Origin: Alphaproteobacteria bacterium
Lineage (GTDB): Bacteria; Pseudomonadota; Alphaproteobacteria; Rs-D84
Reading direction: 5' to 3'
Length of the DNA: 64,000 nucleotides
Assembly (NCBI GenBank): GCA_015062445.1
Contig: SUUQ01000007.1
Location: 9,831 to 73,830 of the forward strand
Of the stretch, positions 1 to 9,590 are shown one piece after another. How positions within the stretch are numbered: the stretch's first letter is position 1; every line of letters begins with the position of its first letter. A model generated the notes under the pieces. The model saw only the letters and a list, made by a program, of their open reading frames with translations. It was not told the origin of the DNA and made no database searches. The position numbers were made by a program, and so were the translations under genes.

Positions 1-219
1 GATGCGCAAATTGGCGACCTGATTACAATTGCAAAACATACAACGGATTCAGGCAAGGCTATCGAGCTGCATACGTACGAAATCAAATCCTACACCGGCG
101 AAATCCAACTGCGTGTGCACGACGAGATGCACTGGGTGCTAGTCCAGGACTTACCCTCCCACCCGCAATTACCGGCAGATTTGATTGTGTCGCAAATCTT
201 ATCCCAAAAACCATATTGA
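1..219 (+). CDS. NUDIX hydrolase (MutT-like), 3' part only; truncated by window edge
   Basis: Frame 1 translates to ...IGDLITIAKH..GKAIELHTYEIKSYTGEIQLRVHDEMHWV..DL...PADLIV..., matching the C-terminal half of MutT-type proteins; TGA at 217-219. Not in the ORF track. Confidence 0.7.
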   Translation, partial: DAQIGDLITIAKHTTDSGKAIELHTYEIKSYTGEIQLRVHDEMHWVLVQDLPSHPQLPADLIVSQILSQKPY

Positions 220-267
220 TTTGTGGGGATTTATTCATTAAAGTTCATAGTGATATAACTTCAGAGG

Positions 268-855
268 TTGATTATGAAAAACTTTGCAATCATATCATGG
301 TTATTTGTTTTAACAGCATGCAGTTCATTAAACACAATGAATATCACCAAAGAACGTAATCCGAAATGTCAGAATGTGGCAGAGGTAGAAGTGTTTCAAA
401 CCTTAAATGGGTATGCTTTAGCCTCAGTGTGCGATTACAAAGGGGAGCAATTTTGTATGGGTATGACTGTTCGTGTAGATGAGATTACAGAGTTGTTGTA
501 TGATAAAAAGCGTATAAGTGCTCCAAAAGGGAAATGTATTGTTTTTAGTGATACTTATAAGTATGAAACCAAAGATGGGGATATAAAAACAGTTCCTGTT
601 TTAGGATTTGATTATGAATATGAAGCGGAAACTGAGGAAGAGAATATAACGCGTGCGGTAAATGAGTTACAAGATATCAAACAATCTTGTGTGTTATATA
701 TGGGCAAAGAATACAGGGATATGGCAGAGTCAGAAAAAGAAGAGAAGTGCGAGTGTGTTTTGACTGAGTATTTAACAGATCTTCAAAACAAGACAAAACC
801 CACAAGAAAAGCACTTGAAAAGAAATGCGGCAAGTTGCCAAAGGATTTTATTTAG
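268..855 (+). CDS. Hypothetical lipoprotein
   Basis: Signal peptide with lipobox LTA-C; Cys-rich mature part. Confidence 0.65.
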   Translation: MIMKNFAIISWLFVLTACSSLNTMNITKERNPKCQNVAEVEVFQTLNGYALASVCDYKGEQFCMGMTVRVDEITELLYDKKRISAPKGKCIVFSDTYKYETKDGDIKTVPVLGFDYEYEAETEEENITRAVNELQDIKQSCVLYMGKEYRDMAESEKEEKCECVLTEYLTDLQNKTKPTRKALEKKCGKLPKDFI

Positions 856-861
856 TAAAAA

Positions 862-2283
862 ATGAAATTCGCAATAGTTGGGAATAACAAACATCAAAAA
901 CCAACCAAAGGCGCAAAGGGTATTTGCCCTGTTTGTGGGGAAGAGGTGCTCGCTAAATGCGGTAACATAAAAGCACATTATTGGTCGCATTTGGCAGATT
1001 CAAAGTGTGTTTATAAAGGCAATAAAGGCGAGTGGCATATAGCGTGGCAAAATGAATTCCCAGATGATTGGCAGGAAGTTCTTCTGATAAACACGGAAAA
1101 TAACGAAAGGAATTTAGCAGACGTTAGGACGCCAAATGGTTTAATTCTTGAATTTCAACATTCGCATATTAAGGATGAAGAAAAAACAGCCAGGGAACTG
1201 TTTTACAAAAACATGTGCTGGGTTGTTGATGGGACAAATTGGTCTAAAATAAGGACTTATTTTGAAAATAAATATAAGGATGCATCAGAAGAAGAAATTG
1301 AAAAAAGAGTCGGAATAGATAAATATGACTATGAAATGATTTTTTCAGCTGTTTGGGCTTCATCATCTGTGCCAATTTTTTATGATTTTTATGGTCAAAA
1401 TACTTCAGAAGAACGAACAAGATGGCAAGAATATCTTTATTGCTGTTTCCCGTACAGGGATTGGGTTGGTTTTTATGCTGTGCCAATAAAAAGGCAAAAT
1501 TTTATTAAAATAGCGAGAGAAGACAGATTGCAAAAAATGATGCATGACATACAGCGCAGCATCGATAAAAAAAGTCGACAAAAACAAGAATCCATAGATA
1601 GAAAAGAGCAGAAAAGACAGAAAAGATTGCAAAAACAGAGAGAAGAAGAGCAAAAACAAAAGGAGATTACGCGACAAAATGCAAGACCAAAAGTGGCTCT
1701 ACTAAAAGGCTTCTTTGATGCCGTAAAGCAACAAAACCAGTTTGTATATCCGTTCTATGATAGGTCGGACACACTGATAGCAAAATTAAACTTTACAAAT
1801 GGTTTAAAGTGTCATTTTTTAAAAGATGTATACAATCCACAATACAAACAATATAATAGTAATGACTGGATTGAATGTACTGATAATGCGTACCTGTGTG
1901 TGGATGATGAAGATATAAAAAACTGTAATATCAGAAATTTTACATGCTGCCCAAAAGGCGGACAAAAACTAAATGATTATTATAAAAATATTTCCAAAAA
2001 TACTGTATTTTTTGCAGGAGAAATAGGGAAAGAGGGTGCAAAAAGAGCTTTTGCGGGCTTTCCTAGGGTCGTCTTTGTTGATAAGGGAAGTAAAACGATG
2101 TCGGTATTGTGCAAAAACTTCCTTAATGGCAGAGAGCAAAATAGTTTTTCTATTGTACATGTGGTATTTGTCGACGGTATTTATTATCATTATCAGTATT
2201 ATTCAACTAAACATATAGAGATATTCCTAAAGATGGTTTGCAATAATAATTCTATAACCGTTCAGGATATAAAGTTTCTATAA
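862..2283 (+). CDS. CoiA-like nuclease family protein with long C-terminal extension
   Basis: N-terminal CPxC..KC...HYWSH zinc finger, then EWHxxWQ, RxADV and LEFQHS motifs typical of CoiA-like PD-(D/E)XK proteins. Confidence 0.7.
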   Translation: MKFAIVGNNKHQKPTKGAKGICPVCGEEVLAKCGNIKAHYWSHLADSKCVYKGNKGEWHIAWQNEFPDDWQEVLLINTENNERNLADVRTPNGLILEFQHSHIKDEEKTARELFYKNMCWVVDGTNWSKIRTYFENKYKDASEEEIEKRVGIDKYDYEMIFSAVWASSSVPIFYDFYGQNTSEERTRWQEYLYCCFPYRDWVGFYAVPIKRQNFIKIAREDRLQKMMHDIQRSIDKKSRQKQESIDRKEQKRQKRLQKQREEEQKQKEITRQNARPKVALLKGFFDAVKQQNQFVYPFYDRSDTLIAKLNFTNGLKCHFLKDVYNPQYKQYNSNDWIECTDNAYLCVDDEDIKNCNIRNFTCCPKGGQKLNDYYKNISKNTVFFAGEIGKEGAKRAFAGFPRVVFVDKGSKTMSVLCKNFLNGREQNSFSIVHVVFVDGIYYHYQYYSTKHIEIFLKMVCNNNSITVQDIKFL

Positions 2284-2305
2284 TTCTTTATCCATACAAT
2301 CCTTT

Positions 2306-2333
2306 TTGACATCCTGTGAATTCGGTTTATACT
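2306..2333 (+). promoter_or_regulatory. Sigma70-type promoter of the Y-family polymerase, near-leaderless
   Basis: TTGACA (2306-2311), 16 bp, TATACT (2328-2333); ATG only 10 nt downstream and no clear SD. Confidence 0.55.
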
Positions 2334-2343
2334 GATTCCTGGA

Positions 2344-3606
2344 ATGGCGGAAAGGTTTTATCTTTGCATTGATTTAAAGAGTTTCTTTGCCTCGGTCGAA
2401 GCGGTTGACCGTGGGCTGGACCCATTTACAACAAACCTGGTGGTGGCGGACCCGTCACGGGGGCGGGGTTCGGTCTGTCTGGCGATAACGCCGGCGATGA
2501 AAGCTCTGGGGATTCGTAATCGTTGCCGGGTCTTTGAAATCCCGCGTGGGGTCGAATACATCACCGCCATGCCCCGCATGAAAAAGTATATGGAGGTATC
2601 TGCCCAGATTTACGGGATTTATCTGCGCTATATCTCGCCCGAAGACATCCATATCTATTCCATTGACGAATGCTTTATCGATATCACGCCTTACTTGAAA
2701 ATGTATAAGCGGTCGCCCAAAGAAATGGCGATAATGCTGATGGATGCTGTGCGGGATGAAACGGGCATATGCGCCACCGCCGGCATTGGCACGAACCTAT
2801 TTTTGGCCAAGGTTGCGCTGGACATCACGGCCAAGAAAGTCCCCGACCATATCGGATACTTGGATGCGGAATCGTTCCGGGAACACCTGTGGCATCATCG
2901 GCCGATAACAGACATCTGGAACATCGGGGCGGGCATTGCACGACGACTGGAAAAATACGGTGTTTATGACCTGTATGGGGTGACGCAGATGCCGGCTGAA
3001 ACCCTGTACAAAGAATTCGGCACAAATGCGGAATACCTGATTGACCATGCGAACGGCATCGAGCCATGCACGATTGCCGACATTCATAATTATCAGGCGA
3101 AATCCCACTCCCTGTCCAATGGCCAGATTCTGTTCGAAGACTATAACTTTGACGACGCGATGATTGTGATGCAGGAAATGGTGGATAACCTGGTCTTGGA
3201 ATTGGTGGAAAAGAACCTGGTGGCGGATGAAATATCACTGGCCGTGGGGTATTCACGTGATATGCGGCGGGCAAGTGGGGGCAGTCGTAAATTGCCAGCG
3301 CACACATCGTCCTATAAATCATTGGTGGCGGAATTTGTGCGCCTGTATCGGGAAACAACCGACAAACGCACGCCGATACATAAATTGACGGTTGGACTGG
3401 GGAATCTGGTCGATGCGGATACGGTGCATTTGCAACTGGATTTATTTGCGGACACAAGGGCGGACGAACGCGAAAGCAAACTGCAACACGCATTGTTGGA
3501 TATCAAGGGCAAGTTTGGCAAAAACGCCGTCCTGCGTGGCATAAATTATCACGAGAAGTCCACCGGTCGCAAACGTAATACTTTGGTTGGGGGACACAAT
3601 GGCTGA
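2344..3606 (+). CDS. Y-family translesion DNA polymerase (UmuC/DinB-like)
   Basis: CIDLKSFFASVE, YSIDECFID, TAGIGTNLFLAKVA and IWNIG motifs; C-terminal QLDLF clamp-binding motif. Confidence 0.93.
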   Translation: MAERFYLCIDLKSFFASVEAVDRGLDPFTTNLVVADPSRGRGSVCLAITPAMKALGIRNRCRVFEIPRGVEYITAMPRMKKYMEVSAQIYGIYLRYISPEDIHIYSIDECFIDITPYLKMYKRSPKEMAIMLMDAVRDETGICATAGIGTNLFLAKVALDITAKKVPDHIGYLDAESFREHLWHHRPITDIWNIGAGIARRLEKYGVYDLYGVTQMPAETLYKEFGTNAEYLIDHANGIEPCTIADIHNYQAKSHSLSNGQILFEDYNFDDAMIVMQEMVDNLVLELVEKNLVADEISLAVGYSRDMRRASGGSRKLPAHTSSYKSLVAEFVRLYRETTDKRTPIHKLTVGLGNLVDADTVHLQLDLFADTRADERESKLQHALLDIKGKFGKNAVLRGINYHEKSTGRKRNTLVGGHNG

Positions 3607-3928
3607 TAATACCGCACGTGCAAAACAGTTTATGCCTTTTGCAGCCCTGCGTGGGTACTATGCGATGGTGCTGGCTAAAAATCGGGTGGTTGAGCCACGT
3701 CGGGAATTGATTGGCGATGCGGCCGAACGGTTGTCACGGAAACTTGCGCTGGTTAAAAAGGGCATGATGGTAACGGTGCGATTTTACCGGACCGATGCCT
3801 ATGACACCATAACGGGCCTGGTTACCCGCATAGACCCCGAATACCGATACATCACCATAGTCAAAACCAAAATCCCATTTGATGACATCACCGAAGTATC
3901 CAGCCCCGAAATCCCAGATGGGGAATAG
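3599..3928 (+). CDS. YolD-like accessory protein of Y-family polymerase
   Basis: RAKQFMPFAALRGY motif; overlaps the polymerase stop; ATG at 3599. Confidence 0.8.
   Translation: MADNTARAKQFMPFAALRGYYAMVLAKNRVVEPRRELIGDAAERLSRKLALVKKGMMVTVRFYRTDAYDTITGLVTRIDPEYRYITIVKTKIPFDDITEVSSPEIPDGE
3745..3926 (+). repeat. 182-bp direct repeat, copy 1 (3' half of yolD-like gene)
   Basis: Manual alignment to 5364-5545 gives 13 mismatches in 182 bp. Confidence 0.95.
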
Positions 3929-3990
3929 AGATTGTTATAAAAAACTTTGAGTACTTTTTTGGTTTAATAAACAACCTGTTATGTTGTATC

Positions 3991-5292
3991 TTATTGCGGT
4001 TGTGCGCTAAAGAAGCTGTTGACTCTATAATGATGAGGTATGTCGCTTTTAAATATATTCCTTGTTAGCTGTATGTCTTCCACTCTTCTCGCTCTGGACA
4101 ACGCAGTGTATGTCTGGCCGGGAATCCATGCGCCACTATCTAAGTCGATTCTAACGGAATCCAAAGTTTTTCCTTGCGCCTTATGTATTGTTATGGCGTA
4201 TCCAAGTGTTAGTGGTAATTGTTCGTATGTTCCTAGTTGACACACCTCAATTTCCTTTGTTTCTGGATTTTTCTTGTAGGTGATATTTTCCCATTTTTCT
4301 CTATCTACCGTGACGTTAGTGTTGCTTGAAAATAAGTATACAATCGCATGGTCATCCGCAAGTTCTACTATTTTGCCCATGGACCCATTGCTCCAACATG
4401 TATAGCCGTCGTTGCCATTTTTACAGAATATAACTAAGGCACCCGGTTTTAGGGTGATGGATGTTGGGACGGGTAAATTTTTTATAGGCACATCCCCCAC
4501 AATTTTTCCTGTGTATGTTTTTTGGGGAGTGTCAAGCCTGTCCAAAAAGTATTTGTTTATCGCATCTGCCTTTACTTTTCTTGGCGTAATTGTAATAACA
4601 TCATCTGAGTCTGTGAAATTTGATTTCTTTTGACGATTGAAATAGCTCAGACAATCAGGGTTTCCTTTTCTCAATTTATCTAGTTCGTTGATGAATTCTG
4701 CGGAGTTCTGACGGTAATTTTTTGTAAACACTACAGAAATAAACTTTGCTCTTTTATATGCATGGGAATCAAAGCAATAAAAAGAATTTTTATCTTGGCC
4801 ATAATCTCTTCGGAATTGATGTAGCGCCTCGTCTTGAATGACAGGGGGTAACTGATAGAGGTCGCCAATGATAACGACTTGCATTCCCCCAAAAGGGCGA
4901 TTGTCTTTTCTTGCTCTACGTGCCAAATAATCCATCGCGTCAAGCAAGTTTGGGTTAACCATAGAGATTTCATCTATTAAAATTACATCAAAATGTCTTA
5001 TACTATCGTCCCTTTGGGTGCTGTGCATAACACGAGATTTTAGTGCTTCAGGTTCAAAATATGGTACAGGAGGCAATCTAAAACCTTTGTGAATTGTTTC
5101 TCCTTTTATATTTAGTGCAGCCATGCCAGTTGGACATAAACACCATATTTTCTTTTTTGAATTTGCTCTCAGATACTCAACAAATACTGATTTTCCGGTC
5201 CCCGCTGCTCCTTGGATAAAAACATTAGAATCCGTACGTTCAATTAAATTAAACGCATACATCTGATTGTCGTCCAACATGTACTGTTGCAT
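3991..5292 (-). CDS. PIF1/RecD-like SF1B DNA helicase
   Basis: GAAGTGKS, PTGMAALNI, ILIDEISMV, GDLYQLPPV, YAITIHKAQGKT, YTALSRAR; likely start ATG 5292 behind SD AAGGAGG. Confidence 0.9.
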   Translation of the reverse strand: MQQYMLDDNQMYAFNLIERTDSNVFIQGAAGTGKSVFVEYLRANSKKKIWCLCPTGMAALNIKGETIHKGFRLPPVPYFEPEALKSRVMHSTQRDDSIRHFDVILIDEISMVNPNLLDAMDYLARRARKDNRPFGGMQVVIIGDLYQLPPVIQDEALHQFRRDYGQDKNSFYCFDSHAYKRAKFISVVFTKNYRQNSAEFINELDKLRKGNPDCLSYFNRQKKSNFTDSDDVITITPRKVKADAINKYFLDRLDTPQKTYTGKIVGDVPIKNLPVPTSITLKPGALVIFCKNGNDGYTCWSNGSMGKIVELADDHAIVYLFSSNTNVTVDREKWENITYKKNPETKEIEVCQLGTYEQLPLTLGYAITIHKAQGKTLDSVRIDLDSGAWIPGQTYTALSRARRVEDIQLTRNIFKSDIPHHYRVNSFFSAQPQ

Positions 5293-5363
5293 ACAAGCCT
5301 CCTTGTTACGAATACAATATAGGACAAAAAAAGAAAATGTCAAGTCTGTCCTCTTGGTTTGTG

Positions 5364-5547
5364 TGCGCTGGTTAAAAAAGGCATGATGATAACGGTGCGA
5401 TTTTACCGGACCGATGCATACGAAACCATAACTGGCCTGGTCACCCGCATAGACCCCGAATACCGATACATCACCATAGTCAAAACCAAAGTTCCCTTTG
5501 ACGATATTACCGAAGTATCCAGCCCCGAAATCCCAGATGGGGAATGA
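5364..5547 (+). pseudogene. Second copy of yolD 3' half (direct repeat copy 2), lacking the 5' part
   Basis: About 93% identical to 3745-3926; no upstream yolD sequence. Confidence 0.9.
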
Positions 5548-5552
5548 AAAAC

Positions 5553-5604
5553 TAGCGATATATTCAACATATCGCTAACTTTTACCCAAAATATAGCGAT
5601 ATGT
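5553..5604. promoter_or_regulatory. Three TAGCGATAT half-sites (forward, reverse, forward) upstream of the SNF2/type III operon; putative operator
   Basis: tagcgatat-N7-atatcgcta (5553-5577) and acatatcgcta-N16-tagcgatatgt (5567-5604). Confidence 0.5.
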
Positions 5605-5697
5605 GATGTGTTGTTTGCCAAAGAAAAGGAGAAAAAATCCTAATATTTGTAGATTTTTATTGAATTTTATTTTAGTATATTGAAAAAGGTTTATTTT

Positions 5698-8600
5698 ATG
5701 GCTTTGTTCAATAATAAAATTCAATCGTTTGATAATATTAACAATCGTCTGGTTGATGATTTGAAGGCGGAAATTAAAAAGCATTCCAAGTTATCCATAG
5801 CGGCAGCTTGTTTTTCAATATATGCATATCAAGATTTAAAGAAACAGTTGGAATCTGTTGATGAACTGCGCTTTATTTTTACGTCACCAACCTTCCTAGG
5901 GGCAAATAATAGTAAAGAACAGCGTGAATTCTATATACCACGTTTGGAACGTGAACAGAGTCTGTATGGGACAGAATTTGAATTACGTTTGCGCAACCAA
6001 ATGACCCAGAAAGCCATATCCAAGGAATGCGCCGAATGGATTAGAAACAAAGTTCAGTTTAAGTCAAACAAGACAAATCGTCTGATTCAGCCCTTTATTA
6101 ATATTGATGATAAATATACTTATTTGGGAATTAACGGCTTTACGACAACAGATTTGGGAACAGAAAAAGGCAATGCGCTGGCGATGTTTATAAATCGTCT
6201 TGAGGCAGAAAACAGCAAACAGTATCTTAATCTGTTTAATGAAATCTGGAATAATTCGGAACAGCTGGAAGACGTTAAGCAAAAGATTTTAGAGCATATC
6301 GAAACAATTTATGCAGAAAATGCCCCAGAATACATTTACATGGTCACCTTGTATAATATTTTCAAAGAATTTTTGAATGATATTTCAGATGACGTTTTGC
6401 CAAATGAGGCAACAGGATTTAAACAAAGTGAAATTTGGAACAAGTTGTACACATTCCAAAAAGACGCGGCACGTGACATTATACATAAACTGGAAAAGTT
6501 TAATGGGTGTATATTGGCTGACTCGGTTGGGTTGGGTAAAACGTTTACTGCGCTGGCGGTTATTAAATACTATGAATGTCGTAACAAGAGTGTCTTGGTG
6601 TTGTGCCCAAAGAAGTTACAAGATAACTGGACAACGTTCCGTGAAAATTATTTAAACAATCCTGTGGCCAAAGACAGATTGCGTTATGATGTTCTGTATC
6701 ATACAGACTTGTCTCGTGAACGTGGTTTATCTGGCAGTATAGATTTGGGTAAAATCAACTGGGGTAATTATGATTTGGTCGTAATTGATGAAAGCCATAA
6801 TTTCAGAAACGGTGGAAAAACGACCGTAGATGAAGATGGTATTGAATCTTACAATCGCTATAATCAGTTAATGGAAAAGGTTATCAAAGCCGGGGTTAAG
6901 ACCAAGGTTTTGATGTTATCTGCAACACCGGTGAATAATCGTTTTGTTGATTTGAAGTATCAGCTGGAATTGGCATACGAAGGCGCCGAAGATGAAATTA
7001 ACGACAAGCTGAATACTAAAAAAGGTTTAACAACGATATTCAATAACGCCCAGCGTGCATTTAATGATTGGAGTAAGTTGCCAGAAGAAGAACGTACAAC
7101 AGAAGCGCTGTTGGGGCGTTTGGATCAAGATTTCTTTGAAGTATTGGATTCTGTTACAATAGCACGCAGCCGCAAGCATATTGAAAAAAGTTATAATATG
7201 GCTGAAATCGGCAAGTTCCCAACCCGTCTGGACCCAGATAACAGATATCCTGCCATTACGTTGGATGAGTCATTGGGGCTAAATTATGATGATATCTTTT
7301 CTAAATTGGAACAGTTGTATCTGAGTGTTTATTCGCCTTCTAAGTTTATTTTTCCAAGCAAATTGGAAAAGTATGAAAAAAAGTATGGGAAAAAGGCAGG
7401 CAAGGGTATTTCGCTGACGGGACGTGAAATGGGGACCCGTAAATTGATGGCAATCAATTTGATGAAACGTTTGGAAAGTTCCTGGTATTCCTTTAATGAA
7501 ACCGCTAAATCGATTGCAACTAAGATAGACAGCGCAATATCTGCCATAGAACAATTTAAAAAAGCAAAATCAGCCCGTGGATTTAAGTTTAGCATCTTTG
7601 GTATTGCCGAGGACGAGGAAGATATTGATACAACCTATGGCGATTACAGTATCGATTTTAACGATATGGATTATGAAACCTGGCTGAAAGAACTGCAAAG
7701 CGACCAGGAAGTGTTCGCCGAAATTCTGCGTTTGTTCGGTCAGATGACCCCAGAACTTGATAATAAGTTGAATGAATTAAAGGCGATTATCAGACATAAA
7801 ATAGAAAATCCATTAAATGCAGACAATAAAAAGGTTTTGATATTTACCGCTTGGGCAGATACCGCACGATATTTGTATGACAACCTGTCTGAATATTTGC
7901 GTGAAGAATTTGGATTAAATACAGGTGTTGTCACGGGTGATATATCGACCAGTGATTCAACGATAAAACGTAATGGAGACAAGGGCAAGTTTGATTTTAA
8001 TGAATTGCTGACCATGTTCTCGCCAGTATCCAAAGATCGTGATAAGTTAAACAATATACCGTCTGGTGACATAGATGTTCTGATTGGTACGGACTGTATC
8101 AGCGAAGGTCAAAACCTGCAGGACTGTGATTATATGGTAAACTTTGATATCCATTGGAATCCGGTTCGTATTGTTCAGCGCTTTGGACGTATTGACCGTA
8201 TCGGCAGTCGTAACGACAAAATCCAAATGGTCAATTTCTGGCCAGAACGTGAATTGGATAAATATATCGACCTGACAAACCGTGTTCAAAACCGCATGGT
8301 TGGTGTTGCGGTTGCAGGGGCCGGTATAAACGTTATTGGTCAAGACCAGGAATTACAATATCGCAAGGCACAATTAGAAAAAATCCGTAAAGAAACCCCA
8401 GATTTAGAAGATATGAACACCGGGGTGAATATCATGGATTTGGGGCTGAATGAATTTAGGTTAGAGGTTGTAGATTATCGTAAATCGCATCCTGAAATAG
8501 AAACGGCGGCCCGTGGTCTGCACGCGGTTGTTGCAGCGACGCCAGATATGCCTGCTGGGACCATTTTTGTCCTGCGTAATGTGAATAATGGCGACAAGAT

Positions 8601-8952
8601 TGACAAGCAAAATCGTCTGCATCCGTTCTATATGGTGTACCTATCCGAAAACGGCGATGTTGTCTGTGATCATTTAAGTGCCAAAAAGCTGTTGGATATC
8701 ATGGGGCGCCTGTGCAAGGGACAAACGGCACCAAACAAATCCCTGTGCAAGGCATTTAATACAGAAACCAAAGACGGAATGGATATGCGGCATTATTCAG
8801 ATATGCTGAATAAATCTATCCAGACGATTATAAACGTCAAAGAAGAAACAGATGTTAACAGTATATTCAGTTTTGGTGGTTCAACACTTGGGGTAAATAA
8901 TATCCGTGGATTGGATGACTTTGAACTGATTTGCTTTGTGGTGGTAAAATAA
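5698..8952 (+). CDS. SNF2-family helicase with N-terminal degenerate PLD-like domain
   Basis: LADSVGLGKTF, VVIDESHNFRN, LMLSATPVNN, TDCISEGQNLQ and QRFGRIDRIG motifs; N-terminal SIAAACFSIYAY/FIFTSP region; no HxKxxxxD seen. Likely start ATG 5698. Confidence 0.88.
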   Translation: MALFNNKIQSFDNINNRLVDDLKAEIKKHSKLSIAAACFSIYAYQDLKKQLESVDELRFIFTSPTFLGANNSKEQREFYIPRLEREQSLYGTEFELRLRNQMTQKAISKECAEWIRNKVQFKSNKTNRLIQPFINIDDKYTYLGINGFTTTDLGTEKGNALAMFINRLEAENSKQYLNLFNEIWNNSEQLEDVKQKILEHIETIYAENAPEYIYMVTLYNIFKEFLNDISDDVLPNEATGFKQSEIWNKLYTFQKDAARDIIHKLEKFNGCILADSVGLGKTFTALAVIKYYECRNKSVLVLCPKKLQDNWTTFRENYLNNPVAKDRLRYDVLYHTDLSRERGLSGSIDLGKINWGNYDLVVIDESHNFRNGGKTTVDEDGIESYNRYNQLMEKVIKAGVKTKVLMLSATPVNNRFVDLKYQLELAYEGAEDEINDKLNTKKGLTTIFNNAQRAFNDWSKLPEEERTTEALLGRLDQDFFEVLDSVTIARSRKHIEKSYNMAEIGKFPTRLDPDNRYPAITLDESLGLNYDDIFSKLEQLYLSVYSPSKFIFPSKLEKYEKKYGKKAGKGISLTGREMGTRKLMAINLMKRLESSWYSFNETAKSIATKIDSAISAIEQFKKAKSARGFKFSIFGIAEDEEDIDTTYGDYSIDFNDMDYETWLKELQSDQEVFAEILRLFGQMTPELDNKLNELKAIIRHKIENPLNADNKKVLIFTAWADTARYLYDNLSEYLREEFGLNTGVVTGDISTSDSTIKRNGDKGKFDFNELLTMFSPVSKDRDKLNNIPSGDIDVLIGTDCISEGQNLQDCDYMVNFDIHWNPVRIVQRFGRIDRIGSRNDKIQMVNFWPERELDKYIDLTNRVQNRMVGVAVAGAGINVIGQDQELQYRKAQLEKIRKETPDLEDMNTGVNIMDLGLNEFRLEVVDYRKSHPEIETAARGLHAVVAATPDMPAGTIFVLRNVNNGDKIDKQNRLHPFYMVYLSENGDVVCDHLSAKKLLDIMGRLCKGQTAPNKSLCKAFNTETKDGMDMRHYSDMLNKSIQTIINVKEETDVNSIFSFGGSTLGVNNIRGLDDFELICFVVVK

Positions 8953-9590
8953 TGAATTGGCCAAAAACGACCGAAATCGGTAAATTTTTAGCAAAAGAAC
9001 GCTTTTACAGTCACGATGCTGTGTCTGGTGCCTTGAAACAAGCGCTGGTTGAAGATGTTGAAAAAATCACAATATCGCATCGTCTGGCACGTGATACATT
9101 GAATGTTGATGCAGGGACCGAGTTCCCGGAAATTTTGGTGCTGAATATCAAGTTAAGACAAAGCAAGGTAAATGAAAAACTGCTGGATGCGCTGGACAAG
9201 TCAATTCGTTCGGGCTATGTGTTGTTTGTACTAGAATATAACGAAAAAGAATGTGCATCTATTTCACACAAGACCGTAAATGCCAAGGAATGCTGTACAA
9301 TTGATAAACGCTGGACTACGGATTGGATAAATAAGGTAGATGTAGAATTACGTGGAACGACCCTTGATGCAATATACGCAGGCCTAATAGAACAAGTGTC
9401 ACAGGGGCGCGTAGCATCCGGTGCCTCAGGATTGGCAGATGCGGTAAATCGTGATATCGAACGTGCAAAATTAGAAAAACAAATCGCAGAATTAAACCAA
9501 AAATTGCGCAATACAGATCAACTAAATAAAAAGTTTGAAATCAAAGATAAAATTCGTACACTAGAGCAGAAGGTAAAGGAGCTGTCATGA
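8952..9590 (+). CDS. DUF4391 family protein
   Basis: Size, position between SNF2 helicase and type III mod, and C-terminal LEKQIAEL..K......Q.NKKFEI coiled coil; TAATG overlap with the upstream gene. Confidence 0.75.
   Translation: MNWPKTTEIGKFLAKERFYSHDAVSGALKQALVEDVEKITISHRLARDTLNVDAGTEFPEILVLNIKLRQSKVNEKLLDALDKSIRSGYVLFVLEYNEKECASISHKTVNAKECCTIDKRWTTDWINKVDVELRGTTLDAIYAGLIEQVSQGRVASGASGLADAVNRDIERAKLEKQIAELNQKLRNTDQLNKKFEIKDKIRTLEQKVKELS

Noticed and set aside
2358-3542. Long alternative-frame ORFs over GC-richer genes (for example 2825-3493, 27559-28404, 44645-45145)
   Set aside because: Fully overlapped by well-supported genes and lacking motifs; expected shadows.
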